Positions 23,015 through 35,580 of a stretch of 64,000 bases of DNA are shown one piece after another. The stretch lies in assembly GCA_963693365.1 (NCBI GenBank), contig CAVNZM010000001.1, positions 7,828,907 through 7,892,906 on the forward strand, in the 5' to 3' direction. Positions within the stretch are counted from its first letter, which is position 1. Each line of letters starts with the position of its first letter. The notes beneath the pieces were generated by a model. The model was not told where the DNA came from. It ran no database searches and saw nothing but the letters and a program-made list of their open reading frames with translations. The position numbers and the translations under genes were made by a program. This DNA comes from Amoebidium appalachense. Taxonomy: Eukaryota; Protista; Ichthyosporea.

Positions 23015-23345
23015 TATATGAGCGTAATCAGCGGCATAGTATAGGGGGAGCCATGAGGCTCGGGCAGGGTCTCGGCGGATCTGGTCTCTGCCTATGACTC
23101 CAAGTACAAATTCATATGCGTGTGATTGTGGGACAATCTCACTCATACATCTCGGCGGCGGGAGTGAGCTCGCCCCGAGCTCATAGCAGTGCGCAGTGGA
23201 AAGGGGCTAGGCCATCAGAGGGCGGTCGGGCTGTCTCTGCTACCATATATGAGCGTAATCAGCGGCATAGTATAGGGGGAGCCATGAGGCTCGGGCAGGG
23301 TCTCGGCGGATCTGGTCTCTGCCTATGACTCCAAGTACAAATTCA

Positions 23346-23396
<51 letters not shown>

Positions 23397-23632
23397 GGGG
23401 AACCCCAACTAATTGATTTCTCCTTGTAGTCTTTATGGTGTCTCGTAGAGAAAGTAAACCCTGATATATAGTCACCACCCGACATCTATGTACGTGATCA
23501 TGATATACCGCTGAGGGGATATTCCGAGCAAAACCCCCCCCCCCATACCTGAGACTGGTTCTCTTTGCCTCGAGTAAACAGCGTAAACCCAAATTCATAT
23601 GCGTGTGATTGTGGGACAATCTCACTCATACA
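23015..23632 (-). mobile_element. Non-autonomous mini-LTR retrotransposon (TRIM-like): 135-bp LTRs, 96-bp interior, tRNA-iMet PBS, 4-bp TSD GTGG
   Basis: The LTRs at 23015-23149 and 23246-23632 are identical apart from a nested LINE fragment in the second. Termini on the minus strand are TGTATGAG...CTCATATA. The PBS TGGTAGCAGAG lies directly after the minus-strand 5' LTR (+ strand ctctgctacca, 23235-23245). GTGG occurs at 23011-23014 and 23633-23636. The paralogous gene copies show the empty site. Confidence 0.88.
23349..23590 (+). mobile_element. Extremely 5'-truncated LINE copy: poly(A) plus the 195-nt terminal module, with 10-bp TSD AAATTCATAT
   Basis: An A-run at 23349-23395 is followed by 23396-23590, which is nearly identical to the reverse complement of 59569-59764. 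The TSD lies at 23339-23348 and 23591-23600. The other LTR shows the empty site. Confidence 0.9.
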
Positions 23633-23713
23633 GTGGCTGTGGCGGCTGGTTGTGCTAGATCTCCTAATTAGATCTGAGCTGATTTTCTGTCAACTGACTG
23701 AGGTTCATGCGGC

Positions 23714-23820
23714 ATTTATACCTGTGCAAGCGAGATTGGAATGTGATAACAAAATATTTTTCCCATGATGTCAACCAATCAATATTTCCAAGTTTAATGT
23801 TGAACGCGATTTCATTGGCG
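23714..23820 (-). promoter_or_regulatory. Conserved promoter of Thr-rich copy 2, displaced ~620 bp by the TRIM
   Basis: atttata at 23714, ccaatca at 23775 (61 bp offset) and attgg at ~23814. Confidence 0.7.
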
Positions 23821-26277
23821 GAAATGTTTGTCGGGAGATGGTCATGAATGAGTCACGCCGACCGGTACCAGACTGCCACCCTGCCAGATCTCTTACCGTG
23901 CATTTTTTTACCGTTTCACTGTTTCTATCATAACGTCTCACTCCCTTAGCGTCGTCTTTAGTTGAACGTCCCTATGCATACGCATGAGGCATTTTACTGC
24001 GTACGGGCGGGTGTTGCGTAGAATTATCAATTTTTTTATTTTATTTAGCGGGCATGATGCAATATTGCAACCTTTGTAGGGAGGCGGGGGGCGGGGGGGG
24101 GGGGGGGGGGGGGGGTAGCTGGGGAGGAGAGAGGGGGGGGGGGGGGGGGGGCAATCACCCCTCCAGCTAACAGGGGGAGGGGGGGAGGGGGGGAGGGAGG
24201 GAGGGAGATGAAGGAGGCGGGGAGAACTCACCAACTTCACATATCCTCTGTATGTATATACATATATATATGTCACATCAAGGGTGCGTTTATTTTTCAA
24301 CTGTATCTATCCCGTTTTCCCAGCGAGGCACTGCCTCAGGGAACAACTATAACGTCTTCCGAATAAACATCGATCGTACTGTATGCTATATAGCGCACCT
24401 ATGCCATTACGGTCCGGATACTAGACCGACTCCGACTGGCGCTGTTTTTGGTAATGCCTAGCCCACGGGTTTTAGCCGTAGATGTGCTAGTGAACGAATA
24501 AGCGAACTCACTTTTACCAACACCAGCCGGGAGCTGCCCGGGATTACATAGCTCATAGATACATATACAATAGATAACACAGGGCCCGGGCTATGATGGG
24601 GAAACCCTTGCCCAGGACGCTGACCCGAACGGTACCGTGCCTGGTACCGTATTGGTCTCCCGATAGACTGACGCTGGCCCCCCGGGCCGGGGAAGAAACC
24701 CAAGCGGCGCGCCAGCGACGTCAAAGGAGGGTACATACATACGGTTCATGACGGCACAGTACGTGATTTAGCAGCGTGTTTAATCTCTATCAAACACGAG
24801 TCCTTGTTCAGTTGAAACTCAGGCTGTATTGTATACCGTACGTTCATGCTCGAGCTCCTTTTCTTCCCCCCCCCCCCCGTTCCCTCCCCCGCCCCCCCCC
24901 CCCCTCCCCCCCCTGCAGCTGCCCCCCCCGCCCCGCCCCCCCTCCCCCCCCCCCCCCCCCCCCGGCCCCTCCTCCCCCCCCCCCCCCCCCCCCCCGGCCC
25001 CTCCTCCTCCCCCCCCCCCCCCCCCCCCGAATTCGCAGGCCTCGCGGGACTCGTTTCCAATCGCAAACGTTTGGCAGACACGCACACAACGTGCCTGCAT
25101 GCGCACACGTCTACCACACGCACGCAGCCACGCACACGAGGTTACCGTGCACAAACCAACGCAGCACACCCGAAATGAGTGTATTCAGTAATGTTTAAGA
25201 TGGACCAGGTCATTATACTATATCGGGAAGGTCTTTATTTAATTAAAGGTTTTAAAATCTTTATTCATGATCTGTGCTGTCTATCTATTGCCCAAGCAAG
25301 GATCTGCCAGAAATGAGCGGTGCGGCGTTTTATGCATGCTCGAATCCGAGACAAGTCACATATGTGGCATACCGGTTCCCGGTCACACACAGTGACAGGG
25401 CCGGAGGTGTACAGTCCGTCCCACGTGAGCATGCATATGCAGATATATATGTACACTCACCCACTCCACAGTATGTGCATTCCCCACCACAGAGCTATAT
25501 AGACACTCAATCAGACGAACACAGCACGGTGATCGCGCGCGATAACCCGGCACCCATTTTTTATAGTTTAGTAGTAGGTGGCCGTATTGGCCGGGAATAC
25601 AGCAATTGGGTATACAGCGGAAAGAGATATGGCCTTCACCAGCACACGCGGAGGATGTGGGCGCCTGGGGTGGATGGGGGGGGGGACACCCAGCCCTACG
25701 GCCAGCTTGTAGAAGGGAGGCCGGGGGGGGGGGGGGGGAGGGGGGAGGGGAGGTTAAGGACCCGGCCCCAAACATGAGAATGCTCCAAGGTCGGTCCCCC
25801 CCCCCCCCCCCCCCCCAAGATACCACTAGGGGAGAGGAGACGTCGTCAACATTTACTACCCCCCCCCCCCCCCAAAAAAAAAAAAAAAAAAAAATCAAAA
25901 AAAAATCAAGGATCCCTTAGCCAAATGCGTGGGACTCCTCTCCTCTCATGGCATAGCCTATGTGCGTGCACTCGCAAGGTTCAAAGTTCGATTCCAAAAC
26001 AGAAAATTTAGAACCTCAGCCGAATGGGTGGAATGAGGAGAATTCGAAGGAGAGAGCTGGGGCGGGCTAGCGGGGGCGGGGGCGGGGGGAGGGGGGAGTC
26101 GGGGTGGGGGGAGGGGGAGGTTATATAATCATGATATGTGGTGTGTCGGTAGTTGATATCCAGGCTCTTTCTCTTCTCTTCTCTCTCTCTCTCTGTCTCT
26201 CTCTCTTCCCCCCTCCCCCCTCTTTTCTTCTCTCTCTCTCTCTCTGTCTCTCTCTCTTCCCCCTCCCCCCCCCCTTT

Positions 26278-26368
<91 letters not shown>

Positions 26369-26383
26369 CCCTCTCTCTCTCCC

Positions 26384-26417
<34 letters not shown>

Positions 26418-26593
26418 GAGCTCCCGCTCTCTCCCCGACGCGCGCGCACACAGACACACTCACAAACACACACACATCATCATCAAATACACACACGCAC
26501 ACACTGATAAGCTTAGCACAACCACCCACCCACCCACCCACCCACCCACCCACCCACCCACCCACCCACACACACACACACCCACACACCCAT

Positions 26594-26661
<68 letters not shown>

Positions 26662-26672
26662 CACACACACAG

Positions 26673-26731
<59 letters not shown>

Positions 26732-26756
26732 ACAGAACACACACACACACACCGTG

Positions 26757-26857
<101 letters not shown>

Positions 26858-27529
26858 GCGCATCACACACACACACACCGTGCCCACCCGCCTATCTGGC
26901 CTACCCACCTACCCACACACTATCCCCCTAGATCTTACATGCTGCTCCTTGATATTAGATTAACTGACTTCCCTACCCTCATGCATGAGTGCCTGTGCAC
27001 TTTATGTAGAAAAAAGTTATAAAGAGGCCGGGAAATACTTAAACATTTTTATCTTTTATCTTTATTTATTTTTTTTTTCTATCAGAGGTTGGTCTCGTTT
27101 TGTCCCCGAAGGAACCCCTTTATCAGCAAGGGGCTCCCGTACGGTTCACTAAAAAAGCACTGCCGTCATAGTACACACCAGCCAGGGTGCTAATGATGGT
27201 ACAATCCCAGTGGGTTATTTTATTAAAACAGTCACGACAGACAGCCTTCAGTCTCCTTAGTAAAGCAAAGAACTTATTTATCTGGAAGGGGAGAGGGGGC
27301 CGTGGGGGTGGGGTTCCATTAAAATTTATTAAAAGTTGTACCCGTGAAGGGGGTTCACACACTTTTTATTGCGTGGACACTGCCGGGGGCCAGCCACACT
27401 CGACGGCCTACTGCGTACCATTGGATTAGGCCGAGCCATCATATATTCGATCTGTCAAACCAATGTTAACGTTTGTCAATTAATGTGTTGCAGTGATGTA
27501 TACGAATTCACCACTAAATCTAAGGGCAG

Positions 27530-27583
27530 TTACGTCGCCCAAGCCGCAGCCGACTGTGTGGCGGTGACGGTCTCTGTGAGGGT
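27530..27583 (-). pseudogene. 3'-terminal remnant of a sixth Thr-rich gene copy
   Basis: The + strand sequence gccgcagccgactgtgtggcggtgacggtctctgtgagggt encodes TLTETVTATQSAAA on the minus strand. Its downstream flank (taagggcagt.acgtcgcc) matches copy 5. The sequence breaks off into a (CA)n tract. Confidence 0.75.
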
Positions 27584-27940
27584 ACACACACACATACACG
27601 CACACGCACACGCACACGCACACACACACATGCACACACACACACACACATGCACATCTCAATTCGCCCTGGATGCTGCCTGCACAAGTCTACAAGTAGT
27701 CTGAGTTTGTCTGGGTCCCACATGAAATTTTCTCGAAGAGCAAGTCGAATAATTTTTTTTGTTTAGGGGGGGGGGGGGGGGGGGGGGGGGGAGGGGGAGG
27801 GACAACAGGGGGCCCCGGGAAGACCTAACTATAATGAAATTATTTGTGAGATAAGAAGCATTGGATTAGGGACCATTATTCAATAGCATTTTTTATTATT
27901 TCTTTTGTTTTTATACAGGCATGCTGCGCAGTTATGTCGG

Positions 27941-28531
27941 CTAAGCCGCAGCCGACGTCGACATAGTGGCGGTGACGGTCTCTGTGAGGGTTGTGGGCTG
28001 CAGCACGGTGCTGGTCTCCACAGCCGTGGTGGTGGCGACCAGCGTGGACACAAGCGTTGCTGTCGTGGTCTCCGTGGCCGTCTCCGTCAGCGTCGTGGCC
28101 ACTTCCACCGTCTGCGTCTCCGTCACCGTAACAGGCGCGGGGGCGGGCAGTGTCTGTGTGGCCGTGGCCGTGACTGTGCTCCAGTGCACCTGGGTGGTTG
28201 TCACGCTGCTTGTCTTTGTGACCGTGGTGGCCGGGGCGGTGACGGTGGCTGTGGCCGTGACGTGCGCAGTGGTGGTGGCCGTCCGCGTGGCCGTGGTCGT
28301 GGAGACAAGCGTCTTTTCAGCCGTCTGCGTCACCGTCTTGGTCACCGTCTTGGTCACCGTCTTGGTCACCGCCTTGGCCTTGGCCGCACCTACCAGCGGC
28401 TGGCTGTCGGCTGAAGCGGCCGTGGCTGGGCTCGGTTGGGGCACAAGGGCGGCTGCAGAGGCGGTTGGGAGGGTGGCGGCAGCAGCAGAAAGGCCAAATA
28501 GGAAAGCGGAAAGGAGAGCGAGGCACTTCAT
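27941..28531 (-). CDS. Secreted Thr-rich TxT-repeat protein, copy 3 (196 aa)
   Basis: Intact ORF with a signal peptide and one extra 12-bp KTVT-type unit. Confidence 0.88.
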   Translation of the reverse strand: MKCLALLSAFLFGLSAAAATLPTASAAALVPQPSPATAASADSQPLVGAAKAKAVTKTVTKTVTKTVTQTAEKTLVSTTTATRTATTTAHVTATATVTAPATTVTKTSSVTTTQVHWSTVTATATQTLPAPAPVTVTETQTVEVATTLTETATETTTATLVSTLVATTTAVETSTVLQPTTLTETVTATMSTSAAA

Positions 28532-28657
28532 TTTGGATGCTTGCGGATAGGCGGGTAGGGCTCAAAGGCGTGTTGGTTTGGCTGTAAAGGCTGGTTGTGT
28601 TGCCTGGATTATTCTGAGATGATTTTTCTGTCGACTGACTCATGAGGTTCGTGCGGT

Positions 28658-28764
28658 ATTTATACCTGTGCAAGCGGGATTAGAATGTGATAACAAAATA
28701 TTTTCCCCATGATGTCAACCAATCAATATTTCCCGAGTTTAATTTGAACGCGGTTTTATTGGCG
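28658..28764 (-). promoter_or_regulatory. Conserved promoter of Thr-rich copy 3
   Basis: atttata at 28658, ccaatca at 28719 (61 bp offset) and attgg at ~28758. Confidence 0.7.
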
Positions 28765-30001
28765 GAAATGTTTGTCGCGATCCAAGATGATCGAGGGCAT
28801 GCCGCAGGCCGACCATCGATCTCCTTTTGACGCCCCAATACTATATAGGTCATGGCATACGCATGAGACATATTATTGCGTACGGGGGGGTGTTTTTATG
28901 ATCACCAGGACGGATAGGGTACCAGTATCAGGGGGGTAATATTAGGCTAGTTGTAGCTTGGGGGGCCCGGGGACCGCCGGGGGGGGGGGGGGGGGGGGGT
29001 TTGGGGGGAGGGGGGGGAGGGGGGGGGGGGGGGGCAAGTGGCACCCGTCCTGCGGGGAACCACGTACCCAGCCTAAAGCCTCTGTATGTATCTATATATC
29101 AAAAAACCGGTACTTTTTTTATTATATTTATACCGCTTTACTCCCAGCGAGGCACTGCCTCAGGGAGGTCATTTCGTTTAAAGGTAATCATTGACTTATT
29201 TGCGCATGCACATACACTGATCGTACTTAGTGCTACAAGATACTAAACCGACCCCCACTGGCACTATTTTTGGTAACGCCTTAGCCCACGGGTTTTTGCC
29301 ACAGTCTTTTAGTGGGAATAGTGTACACCAGCCGGCGCCGGGAGCGGCCCGGGATACATAGATAACATCAGTAGAGGCTGTGACTCTATGATGGGGAAAA
29401 CCCTTTAATTAAACCCGGTGACTTAATGATTAAATCTGCAGTCTCCCCATTCGGGCGTACTGCATGGGCCGGGTTGAAATTTCGTTTAAACGCGCCGACG
29501 AAGTCAGAGGGCCAGTGCTGTTTATGACGACTACTACTTGATTTAGCAGCGGTTCGCATAATCCATTCCCAAAGTATTTAAGAAGCATTGAACCGAATTA
29601 GGCCCCACCCCCCTCTCGCTCACTCCTCCCCCCCCCCCCCCCCCCCCCCCCGAGGTACTACCAGGGGGGGGGCGTCGACACTCACTAATCTCCCCTCCCT
29701 CACCCTCCCCCCTCCCCATCTCAAATTCAAGGATCATCCTTAGTCAGCCACATGTGTGGGACTCGTTCCATAAAATTTGTGCCTGTTCTCAGACGGTACA
29801 ACGTTGGATTACAAAACAGAAAAAAGAAAGAACCCAAGCCGAACGTTTGGGATGAGGAGGGATATTTGAAGGAGCGAGCGGATGAGGGTGTGGGAAGGGG
29901 GGGGAGAAGGGGAGGGTGGGTTAGCGCGGGGGAGGGAGGGGGGGGGGGGGGGGGGCGCACGAGCACACGCGCACACACACAGGCACACACACGCACGCGC
30001 G

Positions 30002-30077
<76 letters not shown>

Positions 30078-30600
30078 CCCACCCACCCACCTTCCCACTC
30101 CCTCTATATCTGTTGCTCCTTAGTCTTGGGCTAACTGACTCTCTCCCCCCACCCGAGTACCTTTTGGGCTCTCTCTCGTTTGTGCGCCCGTTTATGTTTA
30201 GGGAAGGTGGGGGGAAATGATAGACGTCTGACGGTCTTAGAAAGCGACATAATCTAGACTAGCGACTATCTAGAGGAGGAAGGAGCGGGGGGAGGGGGAG
30301 GGGGGAGGGGGGAGGGGGTATGTATATTATTAAACTGAAACCGTTGTGCACACCCATTTGTGCACAGTAGAAAACATTGGATTAGGCCTCAGCAATTTAA
30401 TATAACCTTTCTTATTTCTTATTTTTAACGAACGCAAATCAAGACTTGCAATTGTTGTAGGTGCTCCCCATATGAACTACTACGTACGGTCCTCTCGATT
30501 AAAGCGCTCACCTGCGCACGTACGAAAGCAGGCACGAATGCACACACGTACACATGCACATACACTAGCACCCACATACCCACACATGCATGCTAGCATG

Positions 30601-30787
<187 letters not shown>

Positions 30788-31845
30788 GTGCACACTCGCA
30801 CACACACACATATACACACATACACGCACAAACACACAAACACACAAACACACACACACACACACACACACGTGTACGCGCACACACAAACAAGCCCACA
30901 TACTCTCTTGCTCAAGCTTGCCCTCTCTATATACTTCCTCTTAAGGCCCCCCCCCCTCCCCCCCCCTCCCCCCCCCCCTTCCCCTGCCCCCTCCTGCCCT
31001 CAGGCCCCCTTTTCTAGTGCTCCATCTGACTTTCTTTCCTCAGTGCCTTTTTGGCTCTTTTTTGGTGTGTTTTTGTTTGGAGAAGGTATACCGTACCGGG
31101 AGAGCGAGAGACTCTGATGGGGAGAAAGAGCAACGGGGGGGAGGAGGGGCGGGCTAAACATACAGAAACACTTGTGCACGCTACAAAACGGTCAATTAGC
31201 CCGGGACCTTTGAACTTACAGATTTTCAAGTTTTTTATTTTATTATTTTTTCACATTTGCAATTGGTCTCGTCTATCCCGTAAGGAACCCCCTGAATAGT
31301 AGGGGATCCCCGTGTTTACTTGAAAAGCTTATTAAGCACTGCCGTGACCGTACACCCCAGATTGGGTGTGAATACATATTAATGATGGTACAATTAGCCT
31401 ACACGGAAACATTAATAAAATTTTAAAGCTACATATGGAGCCCAGGGGTTTACTCCAGCCTCGCTAGCAGGGATCCGGAGTATTACTTCAACAGTCACAG
31501 ATACCCCGGCTATAGCTCTACAGCTCAGCATTGACGAAGCAAAAACCTAATTTAGCTGGAGCTGGGCCCTGGGGGGAGGGGGGAGAGTAGGGATTCCAAT
31601 AACAGTAAAAAGGTTGTGCCAGCGAAAACCATTATTAGTTCTAGCCATTCAGTCATGTACAACACAACAGCGAGGCAGCCGACTAGGTGTCAGAGGGCGT
31701 ATAGGTACGTAGATCTAGATAGGCCTAAATACAACTGCCGAGTGCAGAGTCCACAGTGACTCATGAAATTGAAGTATCAAAATTCGATAACTTAAATCAA
31801 TGCTAATTCGTCTGAGAGCAACATCACTAAGGGAGATTACGTTTC

Positions 31846-32418
31846 CTAAACCGCAGGCGACATAGTTGCGGTGACGGTCTCTGTGAGGGTTGTGGGCTGC
31901 AGCACGGTGCTGGTCTGCACGGCCGTGGTGGTGGCGACCAGCGTGGACACAAGCGTTGCTGTCGTGGTCTCCGTGGCCGTCTCCGTCAGCGTCGTGGCCA
32001 CCTCCACCGTCTGCGTCTCCGTCACCATGACAGGCGCTGGGGCGGGTAGTGTCTGTGTGGCGGTGGCTGTGACTGTGCTCAACTGCACCTGAGTGGTTAC
32101 CACGCTGCTTGTCTTTGTGACCGTGGTGGCCGGGGCGGTGACGGTGGCTGTGGCCGTGGCGTGCGCAGTGGTGGTGGCCGTCCGCGTGGCCGTGGTCGTG
32201 GAGACAAGTGTCTTTTCAGCTGTTTGCGTCACCGTCTTGGTCACCGTCTTGGTCACCGTCTTGGCCTTGGCCGCACCTACCAGCGGCTGGCTGTCGGCTG
32301 AAGCGGCCGTGGCTGGGCTCGGTGGGGGCACAAGGGCGGCTGCAGAGGCGGTTGGGAGGGTGGCGGCGGCAGCAGAAAGGCCGAAGAGGAAAGCGAAAAG
32401 GAGAACCAGGCACTTCAT
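31846..32418 (-). CDS. Secreted Thr-rich TxT-repeat protein, copy 4 (190 aa)
   Basis: Intact ORF with signal peptide MKCLVLLFAFLFGLSAAAA; paralog of copies 1-3 and 5. Confidence 0.88.
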   Translation of the reverse strand: MKCLVLLFAFLFGLSAAAATLPTASAAALVPPPSPATAASADSQPLVGAAKAKTVTKTVTKTVTQTAEKTLVSTTTATRTATTTAHATATATVTAPATTVTKTSSVVTTQVQLSTVTATATQTLPAPAPVMVTETQTVEVATTLTETATETTTATLVSTLVATTTAVQTSTVLQPTTLTETVTATMSPAV

Positions 32419-32533
32419 CTTGAATGATTGCGGATACGCAGGTAGGGTTCAAAGGCGTGTTGGTTTGGCTGTAAAGTCTACTTATTTTGTTTGGATTTTC
32501 TGTCGACTGACTGACTACTGAGGTCCCTGAGAA

Positions 32534-32643
32534 ATTTATACCTGTGCAAGCGAGATTGGAATGTGATAACAAAATATTTACCCCGTGATGTCAACCAATC
32601 ACCATTCAGAAGGTTTAAGATTTTAAACGCGATTTGATTGGCG
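32534..32643 (-). promoter_or_regulatory. Conserved promoter of Thr-rich copy 4
   Basis: atttata at 32534, ccaatca at 32595 (61 bp offset) and attgg at ~32637. Confidence 0.7.
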
Positions 32644-33010
32644 CAAATGTTTGTCGGGAGATGATCATGGATTCTTCACGCCGACCATCTCTCACCGTGC
32701 ACTTTTTGACGCGCCTTTTCTAGTAAAAAGTTTCATTCCTTTACCGCCGTCTGCTGTTGGGCGTCCTTGTGTATTATAAATTTCATTGGGAAGTATAGAC
32801 AGGCTTCCAGACTAAGATCTATCGCAATGAATTCTACTCGGCGAATCGGAAACGAGCAAGCCTAAAGCTGTACAGAGCCACAGATGATCCAATCCCTTGT
32901 TAATTACTGTATTACGTAGTTGGTTGTTTCTATTCGTGAACAAAGGTGCTCTGGTCGAGAGTGTTATGCAGGAGTATAGAAGAAGGCATGGGGAGCCGCG
33001 TATACCAGCA

Positions 33011-33455
33011 TCACCATCTGTCTATACTACACTCTCGACACTGCCCACATGCGTCCTTTGTGCAACCTTCTACGAATACAGACTGAACGTGGCGTGCCCG
33101 CACCACGGCCCTCACAGCCCTCTGAAAAAAAGAGGGCCGTGATATGTCACATTGTTCGTGTAGTGCAGGTCGGACTTGATCGATGACGTGTTTCTCTGCA
33201 GTACGTAGATCTGTCGGGTTGGACATAAAGATGGGGAGTATAGCATATGATATGGGGTCCTACGGAATTCATGATTTTATATTTCTTTTCTGTGGTTTTG
33301 TCGCTGTCTGCTTGTAACATGTTGCGGATGTGTTCATTCGCGCGCCGACGTATGCTGTCTGTGGAGCCTATGTATATGGCATTGTGGTTGACTGAGAATA
33401 GAGCATATACTACGTTCGGAACTGTGAAGGTTTCGAGTGTCCCTGCGAAAGGCAT
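33011..33455 (-). pseudogene. Frameshifted GIY-YIG endonuclease remnant, probably from a mobile element (insert ~32780-34030)
   Basis: One frame reads VVYALFSVNHNAIYIGSTDSIRRRANEH (xxY...YIG.T...R..EH). A shifted frame continues LRTAEKHVIDQVRPALH, resembling the downstream E...P.LN motif. The segment is absent from the equivalent position of the other duplicated units. Confidence 0.65.
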
Positions 33456-34268
33456 GCTCTCGGCAAGTTGAATGAAGTGTCGGAGGTATTTAGGTGGGTT
33501 GTTTCGGAGAAAGGTGGAAGCACGCTAGTGAGTACTGTTGCATGAGGGGCCAGTGGGTAGATGTTATTACTTCGTGTCACTTCGTGCATTTGGTCTTGCA
33601 GGATGTAATGCGCCTCTTTTCCAAGAAAGCGTGCCATGGTGGATAATTATATTTGTTGTTGTTCTCGAAAGGATCAACGCCGGAACATCGAGAGAAGAAG
33701 ATGGAAATCTCATGCCCCATATAAATTTCGGCCCCAAGGGCAAGACCAGATCTGTATCTCTGCGATGGATAAGAGCTGGTAAACAATCCTCTGACACTGC
33801 ATGTGAACATATCCATGAGGGATTTGCACAGGGTACGGGGGGTGTTGCTGTGTCCGTTACATATGTTCAAACCGCGCAACCGTATACAACGTAGTACAAA
33901 TATGTACCTTGTGGTAGTGTACATCCAACACATGGTGCCCTATCTATTATTCAGTGATGTTCGGATAATCATCGAGGATTGGGGGGGGATCCCCCAAGGG
34001 GGGGAGGGGCTCTGGAGTAGGGACCGTGTTGAAAGCATGCCATGGGTACCGGTTACACCGTGCACATCTGAGCGTGTGTTAAGGCTGATATAGCTGTCAA
34101 TGTATATGTGTTATTATTTGTACATGTATGTACTTGTGACAATGCAGTAGGTGTGTATATTATTTGAATTTTATTAATGCTGTGCTGAGGAGTAATATTA
34201 ATCTGTATTTGTCTGGTGTGTCGGTGGTTGCCACCTCTCTCTCTCTCTCTCTCACCCTCTCCCCTCTT

Positions 34269-34412
<144 letters not shown>

Positions 34413-34472
34413 CCCTCTCCCTCTCTCCCTCTCTCCCCTCCCTCCCTCTCTCCCTCTCTCCCCTCCCTCCCT

Positions 34473-34561
<89 letters not shown>

Positions 34562-34773
34562 TGCCTGTCTGTCTGTCTGTTTCTCCTCATTCCCTCTATC
34601 TCTCCCTCTCTGTTTCTCCCCCTCCCCCCCCTCCCCCCCCCCCCCCCCCCGTGTGTGTTCTTGTGGGTCTACAGGTATGCCACGTGTGTGCGCGCACTAA
34701 AACTGTACGTATTTACCTGTAGAATGGTGCTTTTTACTGTGTGTAACAACGTAAGAGAAGAGCGAGAGCTCTC

Positions 34774-34876
<103 letters not shown>

Positions 34877-35052
34877 ACACACACAGGCGCGCGCGCGCAC
34901 ATGCATACATGCACGCACACATGCTCACACACATGCATAGATGCACACACTCACTCACTTTACGAAAGCCCGCATGCCCGCCCGCCCGCATGCACGCACA
35001 CACATGCACGTATGCATGCATACAAACACACCCACACCCACACACACACACT

Positions 35053-35151
<99 letters not shown>

Positions 35152-35287
35152 ACAAACACATACATACACACACACACATACACACACACACACACACAGG
35201 CGCGTTCGCACGTGCACATGCACATGTGCAAGCACGCTCCACACCCACATCTTATCTCTCCCCCTACTCTCTCTCATTTCCTCTAAG

Positions 35288-35396
35288 ATCGATTAGTTGG
35301 GTTCCCCCCTTTTTTATTATTATTTTCTTTATTATTTTCTTTATTTTCTTTATTTTAAACGGGCTTAGCTGGGACCCTCTGTATCAGCTGGTGTGT

Positions 35397-35428
<32 letters not shown>

Positions 35429-35440
35429 TTGTGTTTGTGT

Positions 35441-35490
<50 letters not shown>

Positions 35491-35580
35491 TAATTAGAGG
35501 TTTGCCACAGTGACTATGTGTTTCTCAAGCAAATCAATATATCTATAAGAATAAACGGATCATAGTCACCTGTGTAAACT
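35288..35580 (-). mobile_element. Old, degenerate 3' fragment of the same LINE family as 59569-61536
   Basis: The order attagttgggttcccc, decayed T-rich tract, gtatcagctgg(tg)n and tgtgtttctcaagcaaatcaata.atct..aataaac is colinear with 59746-59990. Confidence 0.8.

Noticed and set aside
23185-23245. Functional tRNA-Met gene
   Set aside because: It lacks the T-loop/B-box and an intact anticodon arm, carries an encoded CCA, and lies within an LTR element. I treat it as an extended PBS.
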